DNA of 64,000 bases, from positions 3,656-67,655 of the forward strand of contig JBCBZR010000011.1 of assembly GCA_039815245.1 (NCBI GenBank), written 5' to 3'. Under the pieces are notes generated by a model. The model was not told the DNA's origin. It worked only from the letters and a program-made list of their open reading frames with translations, and made no database searches. Source of the DNA: Pseudomonadota bacterium. Its GTDB lineage: Bacteria; Pseudomonadota; Alphaproteobacteria; Sphingomonadales; Sphingomonadaceae. Of this stretch, positions 29,909 to 40,220 are shown one piece after another (the stretch's first letter is position 1; every line of letters starts with the position of its first letter). Made by a program: the position numbers and the translations under genes.

Positions 29909-30674
29909 ACGCGTGCACAGTGAAGCAAGCACTTCGCTTGCGCCTACAGGGACGTCGGATCTGCTGGTGCGGCTCATCTCAGCTGTTGTCATGGCGTTGA
30001 TCGCAGGCAGTGCGCTATGGCTGGGCGGCTGGTTCTGGATCGGATTTATCGTCCTGCTCGCCGGCCTGGTATTGTGGGAGTGGAACGCGCTGGTGCGCAG
30101 CTCCGATGCGTCCGTTCTGGGCGAGGTCGTGTGGCTGTTTTTCGGCGCCGTCTATGTCTGCGGCGCGGCGTTCATGCTGATCCATCTGCGGGCCGGCGCG
30201 CAGCTGTTTCAGAATTACAACGGCTTTTCAGGGTTTGGCGCGCTTGAAGTGTTCGCGCTTTATATCCTTCCGGTGATCGCGGTGGATGTGGGTGCCTATT
30301 TCGTGGGGCGTGCCATTGGCGGACCCAAGATCGCGCCCAAGCTCAGCCCCTCCAAGACATGGGCGGGGCTCGCTGGGGGCGCTGCGGCGGCCAGTGTCGT
30401 GGCGCTGGCGATTACCTTCTTGGGCGTCGGTACGCCCGGAGGTCCGAGCGTTGGCTTGGCAGATGTGGCGCTCGCGATCTTTGCCGGGTGCCTGATCGCG
30501 GTGATCGCACAGGCGGGCGATTTCTTCGAAAGCTGGATGAAGCGGCGCGCTGGCGCGAAGGATTCAAGCAACCTGATCCCTGGCCATGGCGGGGTGTTTG
30601 ACCGTGTGGATGGGTTCCTCGCGGTGTTCTTCGTGCTGTTCATGGTTGCCATCGCGCCGGGCTTTCTGAGATAG
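29895..30674 (+). CDS. cdsA: Phosphatidate cytidylyltransferase
   Basis: It is a polytopic membrane protein with the C-terminal signature SWMKRRAGAKDSSNLIPGHGGVFDRVD. Its ATG at 29895 overlaps the uppS stop. Confidence 0.85.
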   Translation: MAGGKRVHSEASTSLAPTGTSDLLVRLISAVVMALIAGSALWLGGWFWIGFIVLLAGLVLWEWNALVRSSDASVLGEVVWLFFGAVYVCGAAFMLIHLRAGAQLFQNYNGFSGFGALEVFALYILPVIAVDVGAYFVGRAIGGPKIAPKLSPSKTWAGLAGGAAAASVVALAITFLGVGTPGGPSVGLADVALAIFAGCLIAVIAQAGDFFESWMKRRAGAKDSSNLIPGHGGVFDRVDGFLAVFFVLFMVAIAPGFLR

Positions 30675-30682
30675 GGATACGG

Positions 30683-31849
30683 ATGGCGCGCACGCTCACT
30701 CTGCTTGGGGCCACCGGCTCGATCGGTGCCTCGACTCTCGACTTGGTGCGGCGCAACCCGGATGCGTGGCAAGTCGAGGTGCTCACCGCCAATTGCAGCG
30801 CTGAGGAATTGGCCGCGCTGGCCATCGGATTTGGAGCAAAGCTGGCGGTGGTCGGTGATGAGGCGTGCCTCACCTCGCTGCGCGCCGCACTCGGGAACAG
30901 CGGGATCGAAGCGGCGGGCGGAGCGCAGGCTCTGTGCGACGCGGCGGCGCGCCCGGTCGATATGACGGTCGCCGCGATTGTCGGCACCGCTGGCCTCGCA
31001 CCCGTGATGGAGGCGGTGAAGCGCGGTGGCACAATTGCTCTCGCGAACAAGGAAGCGCTGGTCTCGGCGGGCGAGGTGATGACCGCTGCCGTGGCCGAAC
31101 ACGGCGCAACGCTGCTGCCGACGGACAGCGAGCACAACGCGATCTTCCAATGCCTCGCTGGAAACGATCTGGCGGATGTGGCGCGCATCACGCTGACTGC
31201 GAGCGGCGGGCCGTTGCGCGAATGGAGCGCTGAGCGGCTGGCGGCGGCAACCCCGGCTCAAGCCGTGGCGCATCCCAACTGGTCAATGGGCGCGAAGATC
31301 AGCGTGGATTCGGCGACGATGATGAACAAGGGGCTCGAGTTTATCGAAGCCCATCACCTGTTCCCCGTGGGGCTGGATCGGCTCACCATCGTGGTGCACC
31401 CGCAAAGCGTGATCCATTCGATGGTCGAATATCGCGACCGCTCGACACTCGCGCAGCTTGGCCCGTCTGATATGCGCGTTCCGATTGCCTCTTGCCTTGC
31501 TTGGCCGAAGCGTATGGAAACGCCGCTGGAGCCGCTCGATCTGGCTGCGATTGGCCAGTTAACTTTTCACGCACCCGACGAAGAGCGCTTCCCCGCCACG
31601 CGCATTGCACGCGAAGCGATTGCGGCGGGAGGGGCAGCGCCTGCCGCGCTCAACGCGGCGAACGAAATCGCGGTGGAAGCGTTTCTGGCTGGTCACATTG
31701 CGTTCACGCGGATTACGGCACTGGTTGAAGAAACCTTGAAAACCAGCAATCTGCCGCCGCGACCTACCACGCTTGAAGAAATTCTCAGCGTCGATGCCGC
31801 CGCCCGTCGCAAAGCGCGATCGCTTTTGGAGGCCAATGCCTGTGTCTAG
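30683..31849 (+). CDS. dxr: 1-deoxy-D-xylulose 5-phosphate reductoisomerase
   Basis: It has LGATGSIGASTLD, LANKEALV, DSEHNAIFQCL and HPNWSMG. Confidence 0.95.
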   Translation: MARTLTLLGATGSIGASTLDLVRRNPDAWQVEVLTANCSAEELAALAIGFGAKLAVVGDEACLTSLRAALGNSGIEAAGGAQALCDAAARPVDMTVAAIVGTAGLAPVMEAVKRGGTIALANKEALVSAGEVMTAAVAEHGATLLPTDSEHNAIFQCLAGNDLADVARITLTASGGPLREWSAERLAAATPAQAVAHPNWSMGAKISVDSATMMNKGLEFIEAHHLFPVGLDRLTIVVHPQSVIHSMVEYRDRSTLAQLGPSDMRVPIASCLAWPKRMETPLEPLDLAAIGQLTFHAPDEERFPATRIAREAIAAGGAAPAALNAANEIAVEAFLAGHIAFTRITALVEETLKTSNLPPRPTTLEEILSVDAAARRKARSLLEANACV

Positions 31850-31869
31850 GCCTGAATATAGGAACACCG

Positions 31870-33003
31870 ATGTTTGATAGCCCCGCATGGTGGATGTACA
31901 TTATCGGCTTCCCGCTGCTGCTGGGGCCGCTGGTGACGGTTCATGAGCTTGGCCATTACCTCGTGGGCCGCTGGTTCGGCGTTCATGCGGAGGCGTTCTC
32001 GGTCGGCTTTGGTAAGGAGATTGCCGGCTTCACGGATAAGCGCGGCACGCGTTGGAAGCTGTCCGCTCTGCCCTTGGGGGGCTACGTCCAGTTCAAGGGC
32101 GATATGAACCCCGCCAGTGTGCCCGATGCCGAAGCAGAGCCTGAAGAGGGCGCGTTTCAGGCCGCATCCCTGTGGAAACGCGCGCTGATTGTCGCCGCCG
32201 GACCGGTCACCAACCTGATCGTGGCGATTGCGATTTTGGCCGCGTTCTTCGCAATTCTGGGCAAGCCCACGGTGGTGGATGCGGTGGCCTCCACCCAAAT
32301 TGGCGCGTTTTCCGACGATTCTGTCGCCAAGGCAGCCGGGCTGGAAATTGGTGATCAGATCACCAAGGTCGATCAAACACCCATCGCCGACTTCAATGAT
32401 TTGGTTGAGAACATCGCGCTCTACCCCGACAAGCGTGTGACGCTCGAAGTGGTTCGCGATGGCAATACGATGACATTTCCGGTGACCATCGCTCGAATTG
32501 AGAACGACGATGGCTTCGGCAATAAAGGCGATATTGGCCGCATCGGCGTAGGCCCGGCGGCGCTCCAATATGAATGGCAGCCGGTGCCTTTGCTCGACAC
32601 TGTCCCGCTTGCGACAGCGCAATGCTGGAAGCTTGTCAAAATGATGGTGACCGGCATTCAGCAGATCATCACCGGCCAGCGCTCGATCAAGGAATTGGGC
32701 GGGCCGATCAAGATCGCCAAGGTCTCTGGAGAGCGTCTGAGTCTCGGCCCCACAGCCTTCATCGAGTTTGTCGCGCTCATATCGCTTAATTTGGCATTCA
32801 TTAACTTCCTGCCAATTCCCGCGCTCGATGGCGGCCACCTTGCGTTTTACGCGATTGAGGCGGTTCGCCGGAAACCGGTTGGTCCGCAAGCGACCGAGTG
32901 GGCCTATCGCACCGGCATAGCGCTGGTGCTCGCATTCATGGTGGTCGTCACATTCAACGATGTGACCTCGCTGCCACTGATCGGAGGCCTGTTCGGCAGT
33001 TAG
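31870..33003 (+). CDS. rseP: RIP zinc metalloprotease RseP
   Basis: It has the HExxH motif in VHELGHYLV, a PDZ-like middle region, and LNLAFINFLPIPALDGGH. Confidence 0.9.
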   Translation: MFDSPAWWMYIIGFPLLLGPLVTVHELGHYLVGRWFGVHAEAFSVGFGKEIAGFTDKRGTRWKLSALPLGGYVQFKGDMNPASVPDAEAEPEEGAFQAASLWKRALIVAAGPVTNLIVAIAILAAFFAILGKPTVVDAVASTQIGAFSDDSVAKAAGLEIGDQITKVDQTPIADFNDLVENIALYPDKRVTLEVVRDGNTMTFPVTIARIENDDGFGNKGDIGRIGVGPAALQYEWQPVPLLDTVPLATAQCWKLVKMMVTGIQQIITGQRSIKELGGPIKIAKVSGERLSLGPTAFIEFVALISLNLAFINFLPIPALDGGHLAFYAIEAVRRKPVGPQATEWAYRTGIALVLAFMVVVTFNDVTSLPLIGGLFGS

Positions 33004-33232
33004 ACGGGTAAAAGCGGCGGGTTGGCCTGACAGGGGGCCGTCCATCGCTTGATTGCCGAAGAGGCTTGGGGCAGAGGCGGTCCGAACATTTCGGGGCAAT
33101 TCTCCGGAGCTACGCTCTGGTCTGATTGCTACCATCTGGTAAAGGGCACCGATCGGCACAGTGAGCCGGAACCAACGGGCGGTTATCCGCCTGAACGCGA
33201 CAAAGACGGGTTGGACGGGAATTTTAACGCAC

Positions 33233-36001
33233 ATGGATCGATGCAAGGCAACGGGCAGCGCGCCTGTCATTTCAAGACAGTCCGGCGCTGTGAGGGGTAA
33301 GCTCACCCTGGCGCTGACCTGTAGCTCTATGCTGGCTGGCGTGCCTTATGCGGCGCTGGCTCAGGAAGAAGCGCCCGCCACCGGCGAAGCGCAGCCCGCC
33401 GCGCAGCCAACCCCGGCGCCCGCACCCGCGCCCGCACCAAGTGCCAATGTGATCCGCACGATCAGTGTCGCTGGGGCCGAGCGGCTCGAGCCGACCACAA
33501 TCCTCAGCTACATCCGCCTTCGCGTAGGGCAGGAATACACCTCGGCTGCCGCTGACCAGGCGCTTAAGGATCTTGGCGCGACCGAGCTGTTCAGCAATTC
33601 CTCGGTTCGCAATGATAACGGCAATGTCGTTATCACCGTGACTGAGAACCCCGTGATCAACCGCATCGTGCTGGAAGGCAATAAGCGGCTCGACAACGAC
33701 AAGATCTTGCCGGAAATCAAGCTTTCCCCGCGACAGATTTTCACCCGCTCCAAGGTCCGCGCTGATGTGGCTCGCATCATTGAGCTGTATAAGCGGCAGG
33801 GTCGTTTTGCTGCGACGGTTGAGCCGAAAATGGTGCAGCTGCCGCAGAACCGCGTCGATGTGGTGTTTGAGATCAGCGAGGGGCCCAAGTCCAAGGTTCG
33901 CCAGATCAACATTATCGGGAACGAGCAGTTCTCTGATGGCGATCTGCGCGGCGAAATGGTCACGAAACAGGCGCGTTTCACCCGCTTCTTCAGCTCAAAC
34001 ACCAGCTACGATCCAGATCGTCTGGCGTTTGACCAGCAAAAGCTGCGTCAGTTTTATCTGACCGAAGGCTATGCCGATTTCCGCGTTGTGTCCGCTGTCG
34101 CTGAGCTGACGCCGGACCAGAAAGACTTCATCATCACCTATGTGGTGGAAGAAGGCGAGCGCTACAAATTCGGCGATGTTGAGGTTGAAAGCCAGCTGCG
34201 CGATTTTGACGGCGATGCGCTGGCGGCCGGCCTCTCGATGAAGAGCGAAGACTGGTACAACGCCAAATCGGTTGAGGACACGGTGGAGAGCCTGTCCGAG
34301 CTGGCGGGCCGGTTCGGTTATGCGTTTGCCGATGTGCAGCCGCGCTTTAACCGCAACAAGGAAAGCCTGACGATGGACATCAAGTTTGTCCTGCGTCAGG
34401 CACCGCGCGTCTATGTTGAGCGGGTCGACGTGAACGGCAATACGCTGACACAGGACAAGGTGATCCGCCGCGAGTTTCGCCTTGCAGAAGGAGACGCGTT
34501 TAACTCACTTGGCGTTCAGCGCACCACCGCGCGCATCAACTCGCTGGGCTATTTTCAGGAAAACTTTGAGGTCAATCAGGTCGAAGGCTCCGCGCCGGAC
34601 CGGATCGTTCTTGAAGCCAACATCGAAGAGCAGCCAACCGGCGAATTGCAGTTCTCAGCGGGCTTCTCCTCGATTGAGCAGTTCATTCTGGCCGGCTCCA
34701 TCCGCCAGCGTAACTTCCGTGGGCGCGGGCAGACGATCGGGCTCAGCCTGAACTACTCGCAATTCTCCAGTCAGGCGCAGATCAGCTTTACAGAGCCGTA
34801 TGTGTTCGACCGGAACATTTCGGCCGGTTTCGATATCTTCCGCCGTGATTTCAATAACTTCAACCCGAACAATCGGGACTTTTCGCTGTTTGAACAGTCG
34901 ACGACCGGCATGAGCCTTCGTGTCGGTGTACCGCTGACCGAATACCTAAATCTGATCGCCAGCTATCGGCTGAACTACGATGAGGTTGATATCGATGAGG
35001 GGCAGTTTTTCCGCGATCTGGACGGAGACGGCATTGCGACATGCGATCCGATCCTGGCCGGGCGCTTCTTGTGCGATTCGCTGGGCAACCGGCTCAGCTC
35101 GATCGTTGGCGCCACACTCAGCTATAACACGCTTAACTCAGCCTTCCGACCGACACGCGGTGAACAGATTTCGCTGACCACCGAATTCGCCGGTCTTGGC
35201 GGCGATGTGCGCTATCTGCGCTTCCGCGGTAACGCGCGCAAATTCTGGGGTATCGGGAATTCGGGCTTCATCTTCTCGCTGTCAGCCGAGGGTGGCACGA
35301 TCCTTCCCTTCAGTGAGCGCAATGAGGAAGGGGTCGATGATGTCTTCCTGAATGACCGCTTCTTCCTGGGTGAGCCGCAAATCCGTGGCTTTGATATTCG
35401 CGGGGTTGGCCCGCGCGTGTTTACAGACCGCTATGTGCTCGATGAGTTTAACCGGCAGGAACTGGACGAAAACGGCTCCCCCATTATCGCCATTGCGGAG
35501 AACCGCCGTCAGCGTAACGATGTCGCGCTGGGTGGTCGAAACTATTACCTTGGTCGGGCAGAACTTGAAATTCCGCTCGGCAGCGGCGCGCGCGAGCTTG
35601 GGCTGCGCCCCTCTATCTTCCTGGATGTGGGCGCGCTTTGGGGGCTGGAGACGCCCGTTCTTCAAGACAATCCGGGCGGTATCCAGCTCACCGATGATGC
35701 GACCGGGCTGCCCTTGTTCAGCATTCCACCTGAGGGCGGCACGTGCGCCTCTTTCGGTCGGACCGCGACCACCGATCCGACTCAGCCAGACGGAACCCCG
35801 AACTGCACAGAGATTATTGGCAGTTCGAACATTCGCGAGGTCTTCCTCGGCAATTCACCCAGCCCCCGCATCGCGGCGGGTATCGGGGTAAACTGGAACT
35901 CTCCCTTTGGGCCGTTCCGCATCGATTTCGCTCAGATCATCCGCAAGGTTGAGGGCGATGACGACAAAACATTCACGTTCAACGTAGGAACACAGTTCTG
36001 A
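33233..36001 (+). CDS. bamA: Outer membrane protein assembly factor BamA
   Basis: It has POTRA repeats followed by a beta-barrel, and ends in the OMP signature FNVGTQF. The start is ambiguous: the ATG at 33233, or the GTG at 33290, which gives a cleaner signal peptide, RGKLTLALTCSSMLAGVPYAALA. Confidence 0.9.
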   Translation: MDRCKATGSAPVISRQSGAVRGKLTLALTCSSMLAGVPYAALAQEEAPATGEAQPAAQPTPAPAPAPAPSANVIRTISVAGAERLEPTTILSYIRLRVGQEYTSAAADQALKDLGATELFSNSSVRNDNGNVVITVTENPVINRIVLEGNKRLDNDKILPEIKLSPRQIFTRSKVRADVARIIELYKRQGRFAATVEPKMVQLPQNRVDVVFEISEGPKSKVRQINIIGNEQFSDGDLRGEMVTKQARFTRFFSSNTSYDPDRLAFDQQKLRQFYLTEGYADFRVVSAVAELTPDQKDFIITYVVEEGERYKFGDVEVESQLRDFDGDALAAGLSMKSEDWYNAKSVEDTVESLSELAGRFGYAFADVQPRFNRNKESLTMDIKFVLRQAPRVYVERVDVNGNTLTQDKVIRREFRLAEGDAFNSLGVQRTTARINSLGYFQENFEVNQVEGSAPDRIVLEANIEEQPTGELQFSAGFSSIEQFILAGSIRQRNFRGRGQTIGLSLNYSQFSSQAQISFTEPYVFDRNISAGFDIFRRDFNNFNPNNRDFSLFEQSTTGMSLRVGVPLTEYLNLIASYRLNYDEVDIDEGQFFRDLDGDGIATCDPILAGRFLCDSLGNRLSSIVGATLSYNTLNSAFRPTRGEQISLTTEFAGLGGDVRYLRFRGNARKFWGIGNSGFIFSLSAEGGTILPFSERNEEGVDDVFLNDRFFLGEPQIRGFDIRGVGPRVFTDRYVLDEFNRQELDENGSPIIAIAENRRQRNDVALGGRNYYLGRAELEIPLGSGARELGLRPSIFLDVGALWGLETPVLQDNPGGIQLTDDATGLPLFSIPPEGGTCASFGRTATTDPTQPDGTPNCTEIIGSSNIREVFLGNSPSPRIAAGIGVNWNSPFGPFRIDFAQIIRKVEGDDDKTFTFNVGTQF

Positions 36002-36702
36002 TGAAAACCTTTACCAAAACTCTTGCTGCTGCGGGCCTTGCAGCCTGCGCTATCGCAACCGCTATGCCTGCCAGCGCGCAGGTTTCGGGCAAAGTCGCCA
36101 CCTCCAGTGTGAGCCGCGCATTGCTGAACACAACCGCTTTGCAAGCCGCGTTCAATCAGGTCGGCACGACGTACAAGGCGCAGCTTGATACCGCGCAGGC
36201 GAAACAGACCGAGCTTTCCGCCATCCTCAAGCCGTTCGATCTGAACAGCAACGGTTCAATCGACGCGGCTGAGAAGCCCGCCCTCGAAGCTGCGCCCAAC
36301 TATGTTCAGGTCCAGACTTTGCAGGCTGAGATTGACGCGATCGAGCAGCAGGTCAACGCTGCTCAGGTCTATGCGGTCGATCAGGTGCTCTCGCAGTATA
36401 ACCCCGCTGTGACCGAGGTCGCTCAGGCGCAGCAGATCGTCATGGTTGTTGATCCGGGCAGCATTCAGTTTGCCGGTGAGGGCGCTGACATCACCGCTTT
36501 GGTGACGACCTCGCTCAACACCAAAGTGCCTTCGGTAGGGATCGTGCCGCCGGCAAACTGGCGTCCGCGTCAGGAAAGCATTCAGGTCTATCAAGACATC
36601 CAGCGCCGCATTCTGCTCCAGCAAATCGCGCTTCAGCGTCAGCAGCAGGCGGCGCAGCAGCAACAGCCACAAGGCAATGCACAGGCTCCTGCGGGCCGTT
36701 AA
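36001..36702 (+). CDS. OmpH/Skp-family periplasmic chaperone with a Gln-rich tail
   Basis: It has a signal peptide and lies immediately after bamA (TGATG overlap). It is predicted to be helical, and its C-terminus is QRQQQAAQQQQPQGN. Confidence 0.7.
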   Translation: MKTFTKTLAAAGLAACAIATAMPASAQVSGKVATSSVSRALLNTTALQAAFNQVGTTYKAQLDTAQAKQTELSAILKPFDLNSNGSIDAAEKPALEAAPNYVQVQTLQAEIDAIEQQVNAAQVYAVDQVLSQYNPAVTEVAQAQQIVMVVDPGSIQFAGEGADITALVTTSLNTKVPSVGIVPPANWRPRQESIQVYQDIQRRILLQQIALQRQQQAAQQQQPQGNAQAPAGR

Positions 36703-36705
36703 GGA

Positions 36706-37203
36706 GTGCCAGGGGTGAGCGAGGAAACTGGGCAGAGTGCGGGCGGCGATCCCATTCTCGATTACGATATCGAGAAGATCCTGGCCGCTTTGCCGCACCG
36801 CTATCCCCTGCTGTTGGTTGACCGGGTAAAGCGCATTGATCTCGGGGAACGCATTCACGCGGTGAAAGCCGTGAGCATGAATGAAGCGTTCTTTCAGGGG
36901 CACTTCCCCGGCGCGCCGATCATGCCTGGCGTCTTGCAAATCGAAGCGCTCGCACAGGCCGCTGGCGTGCTCGGCGTTGAGACGATGGAGTTGGCCGGAT
37001 CAGGCAAGCTGGTCATCTTTATGGGGATCGAGAACGCCAAGTTCCGCGCCCCTGTAAAGCCGGGCTGTCTGCTCGATCTGGAGGTCGAGTTCCTCAAGAA
37101 AGGCAGACGCGCTTTCAAGTTTGCCGGAAAGGCGAGCGTTGAGGGCAAAGTCACCTGCCAGTGTGAATTCACTGCAATGATGGCAGATGCGCCCTCCGCC
37201 TGA
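36706..37203 (+). CDS. fabZ: 3-hydroxyacyl-ACP dehydratase FabZ
   Basis: It has [36 protein letters not shown] and GK...EF. The start is the GTG at 36706 or the one at 36715. Confidence 0.9.
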   Translation: MPGVSEETGQSAGGDPILDYDIEKILAALPHRYPLLLVDRVKRIDLGERIHAVKAVSMNEAFFQGHFPGAPIMPGVLQIEALAQAAGVLGVETMELAGSGKLVIFMGIENAKFRAPVKPGCLLDLEVEFLKKGRRAFKFAGKASVEGKVTCQCEFTAMMADAPSA

Positions 37204-37326
37204 TCGCGGATACGGATACACTAGCGGCGAAACGCTTGCATTTTGGACGCAGCGCTGTATGTGCGCCGCTTCCCATACACAGCAGGCCCGGTCGGAACCG
37301 GGCCGATGCTATCAAGGATTAAGACA

Positions 37327-37551
37327 ATGAAGGCCGATGGGCACCCCGATTATCACATGATCACGGTCAAGATGACCGATGGCACCGAATTTCAGACGCG
37401 CTCCACCTGGGGTAAAGAGGGCGACACGCTTTCGCTCGACATCGACCCGACGAGCCACCCGGCATGGACCGGCGGCAACCGTCAGGTGCAAGAAGGCGGC
37501 CGTGTGGCAGCATTCAACAAGCGCTTTGGCGGCCTCAGCCTCAAAAAGTGA
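37327..37551 (+). CDS. rpmE: 50S ribosomal protein L31
   Basis: The sequence reads [27 protein letters not shown]...HPAWTG...RFG. I chose the internal ATG at 37327 as the start. Confidence 0.9.
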   Translation: MKADGHPDYHMITVKMTDGTEFQTRSTWGKEGDTLSLDIDPTSHPAWTGGNRQVQEGGRVAAFNKRFGGLSLKK

Positions 37552-37589
37552 GGCGAGCAATCAGTTTTGCGGCTTTCGGGCTGCAAAAG

Positions 37590-37622
37590 GGAAGGCGGTC
37601 CGACGGGGCCGCCTTTTTCTTT
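37590..37622 (+). terminator. Intrinsic terminator after rpmE
   Basis: The stem pairs gaaggcggtcc with gggccgcctt around a 4-nt loop and is followed by tttttctttgg. Confidence 0.7.
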
Positions 37623-37655
37623 GGCGCATTCGCAGCGTCGCGCTATCGCACCACC

Positions 37656-37988
37656 ATGTCCCCATGGCTTTTTCTCGCTGGCGCTATTGTCCTGGAAGTA
37701 ACGGGCACCGTCCTGCTCAAGCTTTCCGACGGTTTTGCCAAGCCGCAATGGGGCGTGCTCTCCATCGCATGTTACAGCGCGTGCTTCTGGGTGCTTGCCC
37801 CTGCGATGAAGGCGCTGCCGGTGGGCATCGTCTATGCGATCTGGTCCGGCGTCGGCATTGTGGCCGCCAGCCTGATAGGTCTCTACGCCTTTGACGAGCG
37901 GCTTTCAGGCGTGCAGTTCATCTTTATCGCGATGATCCTGATCGGCGCGGTGGGCCTCAATGTGACGGCGAGCGCGCCAGCGGCTTAA
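37656..37988 (+). CDS. SMR-family small multidrug efflux protein (EmrE/QacE-like)
   Basis: It is 110 aa with four TM segments. The conserved TM1 Glu sits in LAGAIVLEVTGTVLLK, and YAIWSGVGIV is also present. Confidence 0.85.
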   Translation: MSPWLFLAGAIVLEVTGTVLLKLSDGFAKPQWGVLSIACYSACFWVLAPAMKALPVGIVYAIWSGVGIVAASLIGLYAFDERLSGVQFIFIAMILIGAVGLNVTASAPAA

Positions 37989-37991
37989 CCA

Positions 37992-38687
37992 TCATCCCCA
38001 AGGCCTTTCGCGATACCACTTCGTAATCACGTATTTCACGCCTTTGCGCACCTTCATTCCGTGGTGGAGCGTTTGGGGGTTTTCGCGGCCATCTTCGCGG
38101 CGGTTGTTCCAGCACACCAGCTTGCCTTCTTCGGGATGGAAGGTCTTGCCGACCGCCTTGAACCGGGTCGCGCCGCCTGCCTCCACGTCATTGAGGTAGA
38201 TCATGAACGTCCAGGTGCGCTGGCCTGATACAGCGCAATACTGCTCCCAATCTGGGCCGCCGGGGGTGAAGTAGTCCGTGTGCGCCTTGAACTCCTGCCC
38301 GACAGCATAGCGTTGGCCTTGCAAAGGCTCGCCATGCGCGGGGTCAATGCCCGAAAGCTGTGTCAGCATCTCGTCCAGCCGCGCAACAGGCAGATCACTG
38401 GCTGACAGGTCGCAGGTTTCAGATGTTCGGAAATACTGATCCCCGTTGTCATCGGCGATGGTGGAGGGTCGCCGGTCGCGGTCGATCAATTCAATCAATT
38501 GTGCGGCCAGATTGGCATCGACGAAGCCTCGCATCTGGAACAGCTGCGCTTTTGGGCTGGGGAGACGCTGCAAATCACCGAAGGCGCCGCTGCGTTCTGC
38601 GAGGCGTTGGGGGGAAGAATCGAGCGCTAAGTCCATTCCTGAGACCCTAATTCGGTGCGCTGCACTGGCAAGGCCTGTCAGCTGCAC
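37992..38687 (-). CDS. 2OG-Fe(II) oxygenase (prolyl 4-hydroxylase-like)
   Basis: It has HxD in KAHTDYF, a distal His in LHHGMKV, and RKGVKYVITKW. The start is uncertain (38687 or 38636). Confidence 0.75.
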   Translation of the reverse strand: MQLTGLASAAHRIRVSGMDLALDSSPQRLAERSGAFGDLQRLPSPKAQLFQMRGFVDANLAAQLIELIDRDRRPSTIADDNGDQYFRTSETCDLSASDLPVARLDEMLTQLSGIDPAHGEPLQGQRYAVGQEFKAHTDYFTPGGPDWEQYCAVSGQRTWTFMIYLNDVEAGGATRFKAVGKTFHPEEGKLVCWNNRREDGRENPQTLHHGMKVRKGVKYVITKWYRERPWG

Positions 38688-38862
38688 GACACAATCTTGC
38701 GCGCATTACCCCCTCGCGCAGTTTTCACTTCCCTTGAAAGGCGCTTTGTGCAATTCGCTCGCGCCCGGTCATGGCGGCCTTGACCACCGGTTGGCGATGC
38801 GTAATGGCACAAGGCTTACGCGGACCCGGTGGCACCTGGCTGGCGAGTTTGAGCGGGTGTGT

Positions 38863-38940
38863 GGCGATCGTAGTTCAGTTGGTTAGAACGCCGGCTTGTG
38901 ATGCCGGAGGTCGCGGGTTCGAGTCCCGTCGATCGCCCCA
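38863..38940 (+). tRNA. tRNA-His (anticodon GTG) with genomically encoded G-1 and C73
   Basis: Folded by hand. G-1 precedes an acceptor stem that pairs GCGATCG with CGATCGC. The anticodon stem pairs CCGGC with GCCGG around the loop TTGTGAT. The T-arm is GCGGG-TTCGAGT-CCCGT. The discriminator is C and the CCA end is encoded. Confidence 0.95.
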
Positions 38941-39017
38941 GTTTCCCGGTTGATCAGACCCTTTGCGCCCTTTGTTCTGCGACATATGCGCGGCAACCAA
39001 AAGGGTGTTTATCTCCT

Positions 39018-40085
39018 ATGACGGCTTTCTGGACTGAACCGGATTTTGATGACCATGAGCTGGTGCAAGTCGTACGCGACCGCACATCTGGTCTCACGGC
39101 GATTATCGCGGTTCATTCCAGCCATCTTGGCCCCGGAGCTGGCGGCACGCGGTTCTGGCACTATCCCAATCCCAAAGACGGCCTGCGCGACGCGCTGCGC
39201 CTGTCACGCGGGATGAGTTATAAGAACGCGATGGCCGGCCTGCCCATGGGCGGCGGTAAGGCGGTAATCCTGGCCGAAGATGCGCGCATCAAAACGCCTG
39301 AGATGCTCGCCGCATTTGGCGACGCGGTTGAGGGGCTGGGCGGTCGCTATGTTACCGCCGAAGACGTCGGCATTTCAGAGGCGGACATGGTTGCCGTCTC
39401 ACAGCGCACCGCGCATGTCTCTGGCTTGCCCGTCAGCGGAGAGAATGCGGCAGGCGGCGATCCCGGCCCGTTCACCTCGTACGGCATCTATCTCGGCATT
39501 TGCGCCGCGGTCCGTCACAAGCTTGGCAAAGACAGTGTCGCTGGCGTCTACGTTTCGGTTCAAGGTGTGGGCAGTGTCGGCGGCGGTGTCGCGAGGCTGC
39601 TGGCCAAGGATGGCGCGAAACTGACGCTGGCTGACATTAACGCAGACGCCGCAGAAGCTTTGGCGCGCGAGCTTGATGCGGTCGCAATCCCCGCTGATGC
39701 GATCATGACGCAAGGCTGCGATGTCTTCAGCCCGAATGCTCTGGGTGCGATCCTTGATGAAGACAGCATCGCTGCGCTGGATACGGCAATCGTTGCAGGC
39801 GGCGCGAACAACCAGCTGGCCCGTAGCGCCCATGGCGCACCGCTGTTCGCGCGCGATATCCTCTATGCGCCCGATTACGTCATCAATGCGGGCGGAATAA
39901 TCTCTGTGGCGAGCGAATATCTGGCGCGGCGTGAAGGCCGGATAGGGTCCGTCGATGAAGTGCGCGAGCGTATCCGCCAGATCCCCGGACGGCTTGAAGA
40001 AATCTGGCAGGAAAGCGCAGCCTCCAACACCTCACCGGACATTGTGGCTGATCGCATGGCGCAAAAATTGATCGGGCGCGGGTGA
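39018..40085 (+). CDS. Glu/Leu/Phe/Val dehydrogenase family protein (leucine dehydrogenase-like)
   Basis: It has GPGAGGTRFW, the catalytic Lys context GLPMGGGKAVI, and the Rossmann motif VQGVGSVGGGVA. I chose the internal ATG at 39018 as the start. Confidence 0.85.
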   Translation: MTAFWTEPDFDDHELVQVVRDRTSGLTAIIAVHSSHLGPGAGGTRFWHYPNPKDGLRDALRLSRGMSYKNAMAGLPMGGGKAVILAEDARIKTPEMLAAFGDAVEGLGGRYVTAEDVGISEADMVAVSQRTAHVSGLPVSGENAAGGDPGPFTSYGIYLGICAAVRHKLGKDSVAGVYVSVQGVGSVGGGVARLLAKDGAKLTLADINADAAEALARELDAVAIPADAIMTQGCDVFSPNALGAILDEDSIAALDTAIVAGGANNQLARSAHGAPLFARDILYAPDYVINAGGIISVASEYLARREGRIGSVDEVRERIRQIPGRLEEIWQESAASNTSPDIVADRMAQKLIGRG

Positions 40086-40220
40086 GCTGGCGGTTCTGAT
40101 CTCAGCGCGATTGCCGGGAAACCTGTGAGCCGATTGCGTCGTACTTAGTTTGCCTTGAGTTTTTTGCGCCCTTGCGAGGCAAGGCCAAGACATTACAGAA
40201 GAGGCGAGGGATGTAAGACG

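Noticed and set aside
38863-38940. I checked whether tRNA-His lacks G-1, as in the Rhizobiales/Rhodobacterales/Caulobacterales group of alphaproteobacteria.
   Set aside because: The hand fold shows a canonical encoded G-1 opposite discriminator C73. This is the ordinary form. It is consistent with Sphingomonadales and is not anomalous.
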